This document shows, piece after piece, positions 10,396 through 20,536 of a stretch of DNA of 64,000 nt (positions are counted from its first letter, which is position 1; the number at the start of each line of letters is the position of its first letter). The notes below the pieces were generated by a model. It saw nothing but the letters and a program-made list of their open reading frames with translations. It was not told the DNA's origin and searched no databases. The stretch comes from Opitutales bacterium (lineage in GTDB: Bacteria; Verrucomicrobiota; Verrucomicrobiia; Opitutales; UBA953). A program made the translations under genes and the position numbers. The DNA lies in contig JBBAUX010000004.1 of assembly GCA_040398005.1 (NCBI GenBank), forward strand, positions 28,257 through 92,256. Reading direction: 5' to 3'.

Positions 10396-10865
10396 TTGTC
10401 TCCCTTGCCACGCTCGGTCCGTTGGGAAAATTAAAGGCACCGGGCACTTGGGGTTCGGCGGTGGGTTTAGCTTGGTGGGCGCTGGTGGTACAAAATTTAG
10501 CAACCCCGCGCGGTTGGATTCATGAAATCTGTTTCAATGGATTAGTCGTTCTTGCGGCAATTTTTATTTGTGGTGCGGCGTCAGAACTCCTTAAGAAAAA
10601 AGACCCCTCGGAAGTTATTTTAGATGAAATGGTAGCGATGCCGTTGGTGTTTTTCTTAAACCCCCATTTATATTTAGGAACGAAGTTGGGGTTTATCACG
10701 GTCTTACTCGGTTTTGGGTTATTTCGTTTTTTTGATATCGTTAAGCCCCTAGGCATTCGCTGGATCGAAAAAGTCCCCGGAGGGGTGGGTATTGTTCTGG
10801 ACGATGTGGTCGCCGCCATTTACGCCAATTTAACCCTGCAATTAATTGGCCTAGCACTTCGATAA
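10392..10865 (+). CDS. pgpA: Phosphatidylglycerophosphatase A
   Basis: APGTWGS, DPSEVILDE, FRFFDIVKP and GIVLDDVVA; ATGA overlap with pgsA. Confidence 0.93.
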   Translation: MIVSLATLGPLGKLKAPGTWGSAVGLAWWALVVQNLATPRGWIHEICFNGLVVLAAIFICGAASELLKKKDPSEVILDEMVAMPLVFFLNPHLYLGTKLGFITVLLGFGLFRFFDIVKPLGIRWIEKVPGGVGIVLDDVVAAIYANLTLQLIGLALR

Positions 10866-10874
10866 TATTCCTCC

Positions 10875-13295
10875 ATGTGTGCATCGAACTCTCAGAATAG
10901 TGACGATAAATTAGTGGAATCGCAGAAAATTAAAGAGGCCATTAATTTTTTACAATCTGGTCAATTTGTATTGGCAGAAAAAATTTTAACGGAAGTTATT
11001 TCTGGTAATCCTAATAGTGATGAAGCCCTCCATTTGCAGGGATTAGTTTCGAGTCAGCAAAATAAACTAGAAGAATCCTATGATTTGATTTCGCAGGCCA
11101 TCGCCATAAATCCTAAAAATTCAACCTATTATGGTAATCGTGGAGAAATTGTCCGGCAGTTGGGTAAGCCCAAATTGGCCATTGAGGACTTGAATTTGGC
11201 GATTTCGATGAATCCGAAAAATCCGACATTATTCCTTAATCGAGCCGTGGTCTACCATCACTTAAAAGATCATACTATCGCGATAGATAATTATCAAACC
11301 GCGATTGGCTTAGGGCTGAAAAATGACCAAATCTATTCTTATCTAGGAAATGTTTATGCCGAACTTGGTGATTATAATAAGGCTGCAGAATCCTATCAAG
11401 CATCGCTGAAAATAAATCCGCAAAATGCGATGAGCTGGACCAATCTAGGCGCGATGAACGACCTACGCCAAAAGTTTACAGAAGCAGTCGAGTGTTATCT
11501 TAAATCCATTACTTTAAATCCCGAAGATGCGGTGACCTATGCAAATTTAGGAAAAACATACTGCGAGTTAGGACAGGATTTTGAATGTATTAAAGTATGC
11601 ACCAAGGCCATAGAGTTAAATCCCTCGCTGGCTGCGGCTTATTCCAATTTAGCAGATGCTTGGACGAATTTAAAGAACTATGCCCGCGCTATACCTTGTT
11701 ATCAGCGGGCTATTGAATTAGATCCAGGGTACTACCAAGCCTACTTTAATTGTGGAGGAGCGTTGCTCGCAGCCCAGGATTACGATCAAGCGATATTGGC
11801 ACTGAGTACGGCAATAAAAATAAATCCCCTGAGTGCAGATGCGTTTTACAATAGGTCAGTAGCTAAACAGAAAAATAAAGATATTAGGTCTGCATTAGAA
11901 GACTCAGAAGTTGCCCTAAAATTAAAGCCGAATATGGATTTTGTTATCGGTGCATTAATGGGCGGTTATTTAAGTCTCTGTGAATGGGATAAGTTTGAAG
12001 AATTTAGAAAAATCATACCTCCAAAAATCAAGAATTTCGAACGAGTGGCGCATCCGATGCAGGTCATGTTGGTTTTTGACTCGCTGGAGTATCTGAAAAT
12101 CTCAGCCACCTTACTCATTAAGAAACGTTACGATATCGCAAAAGATATATTTAAAAGCGATGCGATGGGACATCAAAAGATAAGGATTGGGTATTTTTCA
12201 GAAGATTTCAAACAACACCCCGTAGGTTATTTATTGGCGGAGGTGCTCGAACTTCATGATCGAGAGCAATTCGAAATCTACGCTTTTTCTTTTTCTAAGG
12301 AGCCGCCGGACGCCTTAACAAAACGAATCAGTCAAGGGGTGGATCATTTTTACGACGTCGCCTCGAAAACTTCTGATGAAATTGTGGCGCTCGCACGATC
12401 GCTTAATCTCGACATCGCCATCGACCTCGGAATTTTTACAGCCGAACAATTGTCAGTCTTCAAATACCGCGTTGCTCCTGTTCAGGTTAATTATTTGGGC
12501 TACGCTGGAACGAGTGGTTCACAATACATCGACTACATTATTGCTGATAATTTTACGATTCCAGAGTCAGCCGAGAATTATTACACCGAAAAAATTGTTC
12601 GTTTGCCGTGCTTCATGCCGCGGGACACAAAAGTGAAGCCTGCAGCGAAAAAGTTTACCCGTACAGAATGCGGTTTACCGGAAAAGGGGTTTATTTTTTG
12701 TTGCACCTCGGGCTACGGTAAAATTTTACCGGAGACTTTTGCCGCTTGGATGAAAATTCTAAAACAAGTTCCTGAATCTTGTCTTTGGTTGGGTGAAAGC
12801 AAGGATTCCGGAGTGTTGGATAAAGTACGGAGTCACGCGGAGAAACTGGGTGTTAAAGCGGAGCGTTTAATTTTTGCGAAGAGATTGGATTCGCCGGCCG
12901 ATTATCTAGCACGTTTGCAGCTGGCCGATTTATTTTTGGACACTTTTCCGTACGGGGCACACACCTTAAGTAATGATGCTCTGTGGGCGGGCGTACCTGT
13001 ACTCACACGGGTCGGAGAGACATTTGCTAGTCGCGTAGCAGGAAGTTTCTTAACGCAGTTGCAGCTACCAGAATTAATTACAACAAGTATTGAGGACTAT
13101 GAAACTCGTGCGGTGATGCTTGGTAATCATCCTGACCAGGCCAAACAATTGAAGCAGAAATTAATGGAAAACACGGCTCACTCCCAAATTTTTAACTCGT
13201 CCTACTATGCGCAAAAACTAGAAGAAAGCTTTAAGGCGATGTGCCATCTTGGATTAAATGTTCATGAGAATAGGAATATCTCCATTCGGCCCTAA
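10875..13295 (+). CDS. TPR-containing GT41 (O-GlcNAc transferase/SPINDLY-like) glycosyltransferase 1
   Basis: About 9-10 TPRs, then KIRIGYFSEDFKQHPV, APVQVNYLGYAGTSG, DYIIAD and FLDTFPYGAHT...ALWAGVPVLT...FASRVAGS. Confidence 0.92.
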   Translation: MCASNSQNSDDKLVESQKIKEAINFLQSGQFVLAEKILTEVISGNPNSDEALHLQGLVSSQQNKLEESYDLISQAIAINPKNSTYYGNRGEIVRQLGKPKLAIEDLNLAISMNPKNPTLFLNRAVVYHHLKDHTIAIDNYQTAIGLGLKNDQIYSYLGNVYAELGDYNKAAESYQASLKINPQNAMSWTNLGAMNDLRQKFTEAVECYLKSITLNPEDAVTYANLGKTYCELGQDFECIKVCTKAIELNPSLAAAYSNLADAWTNLKNYARAIPCYQRAIELDPGYYQAYFNCGGALLAAQDYDQAILALSTAIKINPLSADAFYNRSVAKQKNKDIRSALEDSEVALKLKPNMDFVIGALMGGYLSLCEWDKFEEFRKIIPPKIKNFERVAHPMQVMLVFDSLEYLKISATLLIKKRYDIAKDIFKSDAMGHQKIRIGYFSEDFKQHPVGYLLAEVLELHDREQFEIYAFSFSKEPPDALTKRISQGVDHFYDVASKTSDEIVALARSLNLDIAIDLGIFTAEQLSVFKYRVAPVQVNYLGYAGTSGSQYIDYIIADNFTIPESAENYYTEKIVRLPCFMPRDTKVKPAAKKFTRTECGLPEKGFIFCCTSGYGKILPETFAAWMKILKQVPESCLWLGESKDSGVLDKVRSHAEKLGVKAERLIFAKRLDSPADYLARLQLADLFLDTFPYGAHTLSNDALWAGVPVLTRVGETFASRVAGSFLTQLQLPELITTSIEDYETRAVMLGNHPDQAKQLKQKLMENTAHSQIFNSSYYAQKLEESFKAMCHLGLNVHENRNISIRP

Positions 13296-15472
13296 TGGAT
13301 GCAAATATATCCAGTGAATTTCAAAAGGCCCAGCAGTATGAACAGCAGGGCAACTTGGCGCAGGCGAAGGTGGCTTATGAATCTGTTTTGAGCCAATCTC
13401 CCAATCACGAATTAAGTATGTATGGATTGGCCCTTATCTATGCACAGGGTGGAGATATTAAGTCGGCAAAAAGTCTCTTCGAAAGGATTACGAGTGTTAA
13501 CCCGAAAAATTTTGGTGCTTATTCAAATCTAGGTAATTGCTACACGGAATTATCAGATCTGGAGAAAGCGAAGTCATGCTTTGAGAAAGCGATTGAAATT
13601 AATCCACAGGCAGTGGACGCCCATTTTAATTTAGGCAATACTTACTGTCGGATGAATCGGCACTCGGATGCGATCGCCTGTTATTTAAATGCCGAAAAAA
13701 TCGTTCCAAATCTTCCCAATGTAAATTTTAATCTAGCAAATGCGTATGGGATGCTGGGGCGAAATTTAGAGGCGCTTGAGGTTTATAAGAAAATCGAACC
13801 TACTTATAGGAATAATCCGCACTATTGTCTGTACTTGGGGTGTGTTTATTTCCTATTAAGAAATTTCCCTCAAGCGAAAGAATGGTTTTTGTGCGCCATT
13901 AGAATTAAAGATGACTTTCCTAATGCGTATAATGAATTGGCTAGACTTTATACTTTGACCGGAAAACACCTCGAAGCGGTTGAAATCTACCTCAAGGCAT
14001 TCGAGCACGAGCCAAGTAGCCAGATTTATTTAGAAAATTTAGTTAAAGGTTATATTCGCGTCGGGAAAATTTATGTGGCCTATCACTTTGCTAAAAAGTT
14101 AACGACTCCATGGATTAGGAGTCTAGCGCTCCAATACTTATCATCGGTGCTGTGTGAATGGGAGGACTACGAAGAACTGAGGAATTTTATTCTACAAGGT
14201 AGTTCCGACGAGGTGCAGGGTTGGGACATTTTGAGAATGACTGATTCTCCAGAAGCTCAATATAAAATGATGAAAGCTTTTATCCAGAGAAGTTCTCCTC
14301 CGGTTTTATCTTTAGGTGCAGTAGCCACACCCCTACCTACTAAAAAAATAAAGATAGGGTATTTTTCTCCTGACTTTAGAAGACATGCCGTAATGCACCT
14401 CTCGGCCGACATCTTCAAAATGCATAACAGGGACGCATTCGAAGTTTATGCATTTTCGATGTCACCTGAACTGACGGAACGCGATCAAAGCAATTTAAGT
14501 CATCTCTTTGACCACTATTTTGAAATCAATGAACTTTCCGATCTTGAGGTTGCCAGAAAAGCAAGAGAACTGGGTATAGATTTAGCGGTAGATTTAACCG
14601 GGAATACGCGTGATTCAAGAACAGGAATCTTTGCTCATCGAGTCGCCCCCGTGCAGATTAATTATTTAGGTTATACGGGTACAATGGCAGCGGAATATTA
14701 TGATTATATTATTGCTGATCGTGTGGTGATTCCCGCCGAACAACAACCATTCTACTCGGAGAAGGTGGCTTATATGAAATCATTCATGCCTCGGCAGGTG
14801 AATTTACTGCCTTCGCCTAAACCCGTGACGCGCGCGCAAAATAATTTACCACCCGAGGGTTTGGTTTTTTGTTGTTTTAATAAGGGCTTTAAATTCAACC
14901 CCGAAGTTTTCTCGTCATGGATGAGAATTTTAAAAGCGGTGCCATTGTCAGTGCTTTGGTTTAATAATTTACCGCCTGAAACTATATTAAATTTAAAAAA
15001 GGAGGCGACCAGGCAGGGAGTCGAGGCCGAGCGTTTGCGCTTCGCAACCTATAGTGAAAATATGGAAGCTCATTTGGGTCGTCAAAAACTCGCAGGACTA
15101 TTTTTGGATACTTTTCCTTACAACGCACACACGACGGCGAGCGACGCTCTCTGGTCGGGCTTGCCGGTCGTCACTCGTATCGGTAATTCTTTTGCTAGTC
15201 GTGTTGCCGCCAGTCTTTTGACGGCCGTAGGGTTGCCTGAATTAATTACCCATACGATTGAGGAGTATGAGTCGCTCGTTATTAGTTTAGCGAATAATCC
15301 CGAGCACTTAAGCGCCGTGCGACGCAAGTTGAAAGAAAACATAAAGACCCGTCGCCTTTTTAACATGCAGGAATTCATGAGTGAGTATGAGGCAATACTC
15401 ACCCAAATGTATCAGTATGCCGTAGCGGGCCAAGCTGCTCAAATCATTGATGTGGAGAATCTATCATCGTAA
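13295..15472 (+). CDS. TPR-containing GT41 glycosyltransferase 2
   Basis: TPRs, IGYFSPDFRRHAV, APVQINYLGYTGTM, CCFNKGFK and FLDTFPYNAHTTASDALWSG; TAATG overlap with the previous gene. Confidence 0.92.
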   Translation: MDANISSEFQKAQQYEQQGNLAQAKVAYESVLSQSPNHELSMYGLALIYAQGGDIKSAKSLFERITSVNPKNFGAYSNLGNCYTELSDLEKAKSCFEKAIEINPQAVDAHFNLGNTYCRMNRHSDAIACYLNAEKIVPNLPNVNFNLANAYGMLGRNLEALEVYKKIEPTYRNNPHYCLYLGCVYFLLRNFPQAKEWFLCAIRIKDDFPNAYNELARLYTLTGKHLEAVEIYLKAFEHEPSSQIYLENLVKGYIRVGKIYVAYHFAKKLTTPWIRSLALQYLSSVLCEWEDYEELRNFILQGSSDEVQGWDILRMTDSPEAQYKMMKAFIQRSSPPVLSLGAVATPLPTKKIKIGYFSPDFRRHAVMHLSADIFKMHNRDAFEVYAFSMSPELTERDQSNLSHLFDHYFEINELSDLEVARKARELGIDLAVDLTGNTRDSRTGIFAHRVAPVQINYLGYTGTMAAEYYDYIIADRVVIPAEQQPFYSEKVAYMKSFMPRQVNLLPSPKPVTRAQNNLPPEGLVFCCFNKGFKFNPEVFSSWMRILKAVPLSVLWFNNLPPETILNLKKEATRQGVEAERLRFATYSENMEAHLGRQKLAGLFLDTFPYNAHTTASDALWSGLPVVTRIGNSFASRVAASLLTAVGLPELITHTIEEYESLVISLANNPEHLSAVRRKLKENIKTRRLFNMQEFMSEYEAILTQMYQYAVAGQAAQIIDVENLSS

Positions 15473-17598
15473 TGGCTAATTCTGGTGCATCTTCCGGCGA
15501 AGTTCCTCCAACGAATGAATTCAATCAGGCTTTGGAATTTCATCATTGTGGCAACTTAACATCGGCTAAGGAAATTTACGAACGGTTACTCGTTTCGCAT
15601 CCTGGAAACGCTGAGGTCCTCCACCTTTTAGGTGTGATTGCTTTACAGACGAAAGATTTTCCGAGGGCCATTGGACTCATTTCAAAAGCCCTAGTAATTA
15701 ACCCGCAAATGCCCAATGCGTTTTCTAATTTAGGTAATGTTTATAAGGAGCAAAAGGAATTAGATAAGGCACTTAAGTGTTATCAGTGTGCACTTAAAAT
15801 CGACCCATTGTTTGCCGATGCCCTTTCGAATATTGGCAATATTTATTACGAGCAAGGGAGTTACGCCGAAGCTTTGAATTTTTATAATCGGACAATTGAG
15901 ATTAATTCTTACCACGCCGATGCTTATTATAACCGTGGTAATATTTTTCTTCATTTTAGTAAAAATCCAGCGGCGGTAAGCGACTATAGTAAAGCCCTAG
16001 CCATTGATCCCTCGATTGTGGATGCCTATTTAAATAGAGGTCAGGCACACAAAAAAATGGGGAACTATCCTGCAGCCCTGGCAGATTTTTCTCGGGTTAT
16101 TGAAATGCAACCTCGGTACGCAGAGGCCTACTATCACCGAGCCGTTACCTATTTCGCCGATAACAATCACACCTTAGTAGCATTAGAAGATTTAAAGAAA
16201 GCGGCCCAACTAAAGCCCGATTTAGATTATTTATTAGGTGCTATTTTTTTTAATAAAAAGGCATTTGCAGATTGGGATGATTTAGAAACTTCAGGTAAAC
16301 AATTATTAGAAATGTCGGAGAAGGGTAATAAAGTTATAACACCTTTCAGTTTTATTTCACATTTTGACTCACTAAAATTACAGTTAGCCGTTACTCTGTC
16401 TTGGATAACCACACAGACCAATAAAGATGCCAGTGGCTTATCTCTACTTCAAAAAATACCCAGAAAAGAAAGGGTTCATCTGGGCTATTTTTCATCAGAC
16501 TTTAATGAACATCCTGTCACGTATGCATCGGCTGGTTTATTCCGCCATCATGATAAAAGTAAATTTAAGATTACCGGCTTTTATTTTGGTCGAAAAAAAG
16601 ACGCCACGGTGGAATCTTTATCTAAAGTTTTCGACGAGTTTTATGATATTGCTGACCTTTCCGACGTTGAAGTGACAGAATTAGCCCGTAAATTGAAAAT
16701 CGATATCGCGATTGATATGAATGGGTGCACCTCAGGGTCGCGCCCGGCCGTCTTTTTAAATCAAGCTGCCCCGATACAGGTTAATTACCTTGGTTATCCA
16801 GGAACCATGGGGACATTGCTCATGGATTATATTATCGCCGATGAAGTCGTGATTCCTCCTAAAAGTCGGAAATACTACACTGAAAAAATTGCCTACCTCG
16901 ATTGTTTCATGCCTCATGATGATCAATTAAAGGTGTCAGATAAAAAATTTACTCGAACTGAATTAGGTTTGCCCGAAGAAGGTTTTGTTTTCTGTGGGTT
17001 TAACAATAACTATAAAATAACATCTCAGATTTGGAGTCAGTGGATGGATATACTTAAGGGTGTTCCTAAATCTGTCCTATGGTTGAGTTATAGAAATGAT
17101 CCTACCTCGGATAATTTAAGAAAAGAAGCTCAAGCGCGTGGGGTTGATCCTGCCCGAATTATTTTTGCCCGACGAATGGATGAGGTCGGTGAGCACATGG
17201 CTCGTTTAAAATGTGCTAATCTATTCTTGGATACATACCCCTATAACGCACACACGACCGCGACGGCAGCACTTTGGGCAGGTTTGCCGGTATTGACTCG
17301 CATAGGTGAGTCATTTGCCAGCCGTGTCGCTGCGAGTCTGTTATCTACATGCCAAATGCCCGAACTCATTGTGCGGACGCCTGAAGAGTATCAATCCATG
17401 GCTATTGATTTAGCTAATAACCCACAAAAAATCGCCGACTTCAAGACAAGGCTCTCTAGTTATAGAGAGAAGAATCCACTTTTTAATTCGGAAAAGTATA
17501 CCCGCAAATTAGAAAATCTGTTTTGCCAGATGTATGAAAGAAGCCAGAGTGGCCTCATCCCCGAAAACCTAAAATTACAAAATGAACCAAGAGATTGA
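15472..17598 (+). CDS. TPR-containing GT41 glycosyltransferase 3
   Basis: TPRs, LGYFSSDFNEHPV, APIQVNYLGYPGTMG, GFNNNYKI and FLDTYPYNAHTTA; TAATG overlap. Confidence 0.92.
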   Translation: MANSGASSGEVPPTNEFNQALEFHHCGNLTSAKEIYERLLVSHPGNAEVLHLLGVIALQTKDFPRAIGLISKALVINPQMPNAFSNLGNVYKEQKELDKALKCYQCALKIDPLFADALSNIGNIYYEQGSYAEALNFYNRTIEINSYHADAYYNRGNIFLHFSKNPAAVSDYSKALAIDPSIVDAYLNRGQAHKKMGNYPAALADFSRVIEMQPRYAEAYYHRAVTYFADNNHTLVALEDLKKAAQLKPDLDYLLGAIFFNKKAFADWDDLETSGKQLLEMSEKGNKVITPFSFISHFDSLKLQLAVTLSWITTQTNKDASGLSLLQKIPRKERVHLGYFSSDFNEHPVTYASAGLFRHHDKSKFKITGFYFGRKKDATVESLSKVFDEFYDIADLSDVEVTELARKLKIDIAIDMNGCTSGSRPAVFLNQAAPIQVNYLGYPGTMGTLLMDYIIADEVVIPPKSRKYYTEKIAYLDCFMPHDDQLKVSDKKFTRTELGLPEEGFVFCGFNNNYKITSQIWSQWMDILKGVPKSVLWLSYRNDPTSDNLRKEAQARGVDPARIIFARRMDEVGEHMARLKCANLFLDTYPYNAHTTATAALWAGLPVLTRIGESFASRVAASLLSTCQMPELIVRTPEEYQSMAIDLANNPQKIADFKTRLSSYREKNPLFNSEKYTRKLENLFCQMYERSQSGLIPENLKLQNEPRD

Positions 17599-19669
17599 GC
17601 AGGCTTTAATGCAGGGTATTCAATTAATGCAGGCTGGGAATACAGTGGAGGCCGAAAAAATTTTCAAAAGTGTTATTCAAGGACATCCTGATACTGCGGA
17701 AGCTCATCAATTGCTCGGTTTGATTTACGCTGCACAGGAAGATTTCACTAAAGCTCGAGAGTGTTTTAAGGAGGCGGTACGGATCGAACCTAACAATGCA
17801 GCCTATAATTCAAATTACGCGAATACCCTACAAGATACCTGGAAAATAGAAGAGTCTCTACCTTATTACCAAAAAGCGATTGATCTTAAGCCAGACTTTG
17901 TGGACGCCCACTTTAATATGGGCAACTCGTATAGGAAACTACAGCGCTTTGCTGAGGCATTGAAATGCTATGAGTCGGGCAAAAAACTTAATCCACACTA
18001 TCTAAAATGCTATCTTAACACTGCGGTCGTCTATGAAGCGATGAAGCAGATGGATCGGGCTATCGCTGAAATATTTGAGGCCTTAAAGTTTGCCCCTCAA
18101 TCCTTCGAATTACTCAGTTATTTAGCAGTCATGTATTCGATTAAGAAAGAGTATGAGCCAGCGATGAATTATTTTAAAAAGGCATTTGAGACGGGACAGG
18201 CTGATGACAAGTTTTTCCTGAACTACGGCACGGTTTGCATTGAAATGAATCAACCCGTTGAAGCCGCTAAAGCTTTTTTAAAATCAGCTGAATTATCACC
18301 CGGAAAAAATGCTGTACTCGGACGTGCTTTACACCAAAAAATGCTCATCGCTGATTGGTCGGGCGTGAAGGAGTTGAATGATGAGATTGTTCGCCGCCTC
18401 CAATTAAACGAGGATGTTGCGGACCCCTTTGGTTATATGGGCTATTCCGACTCGGAGCGGGATTTACAATTGGCCGGTTTTTTATACCTCCATAGAAAGT
18501 TTCCCACCTTACCCAAGGATGTTCCCACGAAGACATATCCGAGACACAAAAGAATCAAGATTGCTTATGTCAGTGGCGAGTTCCGAGAGCACGCTAATGG
18601 TTCTTTGATGACTGGACTCATCGAGTGTCATGATAAAGAAAAGTTTGAAGTGATTGGACTAGACAATGGCGAGGGTGATGATGGCGATTTGCGCCGTCGA
18701 CTCACCGCTGCTTTTGATGAGCTCATCGATATTCGCAATATCGGCGATTTCGAATTGATGCAACAGTTGCGAGCCAAAGAAGTAGATATTCTCTTTAATC
18801 TTAATGGTTTTTTCGGTCTACATCGTACGGGGCTATTTTCCAATCGAGCGGCCCCCATCCAAATTAATTTCTTAGGCTGCCCTGGAACCATGGGGGTAGA
18901 CTATATGGACTACTTAATCGCTGATCAGGTGGTTATCCCCAAAGAATCTTATCAGTATTATAACGAAAAAATTATTTCCCTGCCCCATAGTTATCAGATC
19001 AACGATTCTAAACGACCCGAACTTAAAAGAACGATCACTCGAAAAGAATGTGGGCTCCCTGAGGACGCCTTTGTCTTTTGTTGTTTTAATAATATTTATA
19101 AAATAACACCCGAGACCTTTAAGCGCTGGATGAAAATTTTACAGCGCGTGCCGAATAGCGTGATGTGGTTCTATTATAACTTTCCTGAAGCTCCTGAGAA
19201 TTTGAAACGTGAAGCCCAGGCTTTAGGTATTAATGCGAGTCGACTCATATTTTCGCCCTACGTAAAAATGTCTGAACACTTGGAGAGAAACGTACTTGCT
19301 GATTTATTCTTAGACTCCTTGCCCTATAACGCCCATACCACGGCTTCGGATGCACTTTGGGCCAATGTCCCGGTACTCACTTTACAGGGTAAATCCTTTG
19401 CGGGTCGGGTCGCTGCGAGTTTGCTTCATGCGATAGAAATGCCCGAGTTGATTACGTATACTGCACAAGAATTTGAGGATAGGGCAGTGGATTTAGCTAC
19501 GCATCCCGAAAAATTAGCCGCATTGAAAGTGAAATTGGCGAAGAACCGATTAACCACTCCGCTTTTTAATACGAAACTTTACACTAAACATTTCGAAGCT
19601 GCACTCATTGAAGCCTACGAGCGCTATCAATCCGATTTGCCCCCGGCACATATTGAGGTTAAGCCTTAA
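17582..19669 (+). CDS. TPR-containing GT41 glycosyltransferase 4
   Basis: TPRs, IAYVSGEFREHA, APIQINFLGCPGTMG, CCFNNIYKITPE, FLDSLPYNAHTTASDALW and PLFNT; 17-nt overlap with gene 3. Confidence 0.92.
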   Translation: MNQEIEQALMQGIQLMQAGNTVEAEKIFKSVIQGHPDTAEAHQLLGLIYAAQEDFTKARECFKEAVRIEPNNAAYNSNYANTLQDTWKIEESLPYYQKAIDLKPDFVDAHFNMGNSYRKLQRFAEALKCYESGKKLNPHYLKCYLNTAVVYEAMKQMDRAIAEIFEALKFAPQSFELLSYLAVMYSIKKEYEPAMNYFKKAFETGQADDKFFLNYGTVCIEMNQPVEAAKAFLKSAELSPGKNAVLGRALHQKMLIADWSGVKELNDEIVRRLQLNEDVADPFGYMGYSDSERDLQLAGFLYLHRKFPTLPKDVPTKTYPRHKRIKIAYVSGEFREHANGSLMTGLIECHDKEKFEVIGLDNGEGDDGDLRRRLTAAFDELIDIRNIGDFELMQQLRAKEVDILFNLNGFFGLHRTGLFSNRAAPIQINFLGCPGTMGVDYMDYLIADQVVIPKESYQYYNEKIISLPHSYQINDSKRPELKRTITRKECGLPEDAFVFCCFNNIYKITPETFKRWMKILQRVPNSVMWFYYNFPEAPENLKREAQALGINASRLIFSPYVKMSEHLERNVLADLFLDSLPYNAHTTASDALWANVPVLTLQGKSFAGRVAASLLHAIEMPELITYTAQEFEDRAVDLATHPEKLAALKVKLAKNRLTTPLFNTKLYTKHFEAALIEAYERYQSDLPPAHIEVKP

Positions 19670-19672
19670 CGT

Positions 19673-20491
19673 ATGGCTCGCCAAATTGTTTCAACCTCAG
19701 CTACAGTTATTCGAGTGACTGGAAGTGATGCGGCGAGCTATTTACAGGGGCAATGTTCAGCAGATTTAACCAAGACGAATAATGTCCACGCGCTTTGGCT
19801 GAATCGCAAAGGACGTGTTCTCGCCCATACATTGATTACTAAAGAAGCTGATCGGTCATTCTTAATTCTTTGTCCTCATTTATCGGCGGAAGATGCAATT
19901 TCTGTCATGTCCTCAAACTTAATTGCTGATGACGTAACAATGTCGGACGAGACTTCACAGTGGAAGACGGGAATCGTTTGGGGTGATGCTGAGCCAAATT
20001 TTGAGTCGAGTATTCGCTTTTGGCCCTCGGCTCGCACAAGTTTCGAATCCTGGGAAGTTTTATTCCCGAAAAATGTTCAAATAGTGGCGAGCGAATCCGA
20101 GATGAGTTTTATAGAGCAAGATAGAATTGAGTCGGGCATACCTTCGGTCCCTGAGGATTGCGGAGCTAATGAATTTCCTCAGGAGTGCGGCTTGGATGCT
20201 TGGGTGTCGTACAACAAAGGATGTTATCTCGGGCAAGAAGTGATGGCGCGGATACAATCTATGGGTTCGTTACGTCGCAGCCTTCGACAGATTTCTGCGA
20301 CCGAAGCACTCCGTAGTGATATCGAATTAAAATCACCCGATAGCGGAAAAATCGTCGGGACGATGAAATCATTTTCGGGTAAGACGGGCTTGGCCCTGGT
20401 GTCGATTGATTGTGCTGAAGGTACGACTCTGGATTCAACTATTGGACCTATCTTAGTGGGCCGATTAGTCAAATTACCCAAATACTCATAA
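19673..20491 (+). CDS. ygfZ: YgfZ/GcvT-like folate-binding Fe-S maturation protein
   Basis: GSDAASYLQGQCSAD, LNRKGR and the signature KGCYLGQE. Confidence 0.9.
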   Translation: MARQIVSTSATVIRVTGSDAASYLQGQCSADLTKTNNVHALWLNRKGRVLAHTLITKEADRSFLILCPHLSAEDAISVMSSNLIADDVTMSDETSQWKTGIVWGDAEPNFESSIRFWPSARTSFESWEVLFPKNVQIVASESEMSFIEQDRIESGIPSVPEDCGANEFPQECGLDAWVSYNKGCYLGQEVMARIQSMGSLRRSLRQISATEALRSDIELKSPDSGKIVGTMKSFSGKTGLALVSIDCAEGTTLDSTIGPILVGRLVKLPKYS

Positions 20492-20536
20492 GGTTTATAT
20501 TTGCGAGTTTTAGGGTTTTTGTTAATTTCATAAACG

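Noticed and set aside
10875..19669. DNA repeat array or CRISPR-like periodicity
   Set aside because: The periodicity is protein-level TPR repetition and paralogy; there are no identical spaced nucleotide repeats and no cas genes.
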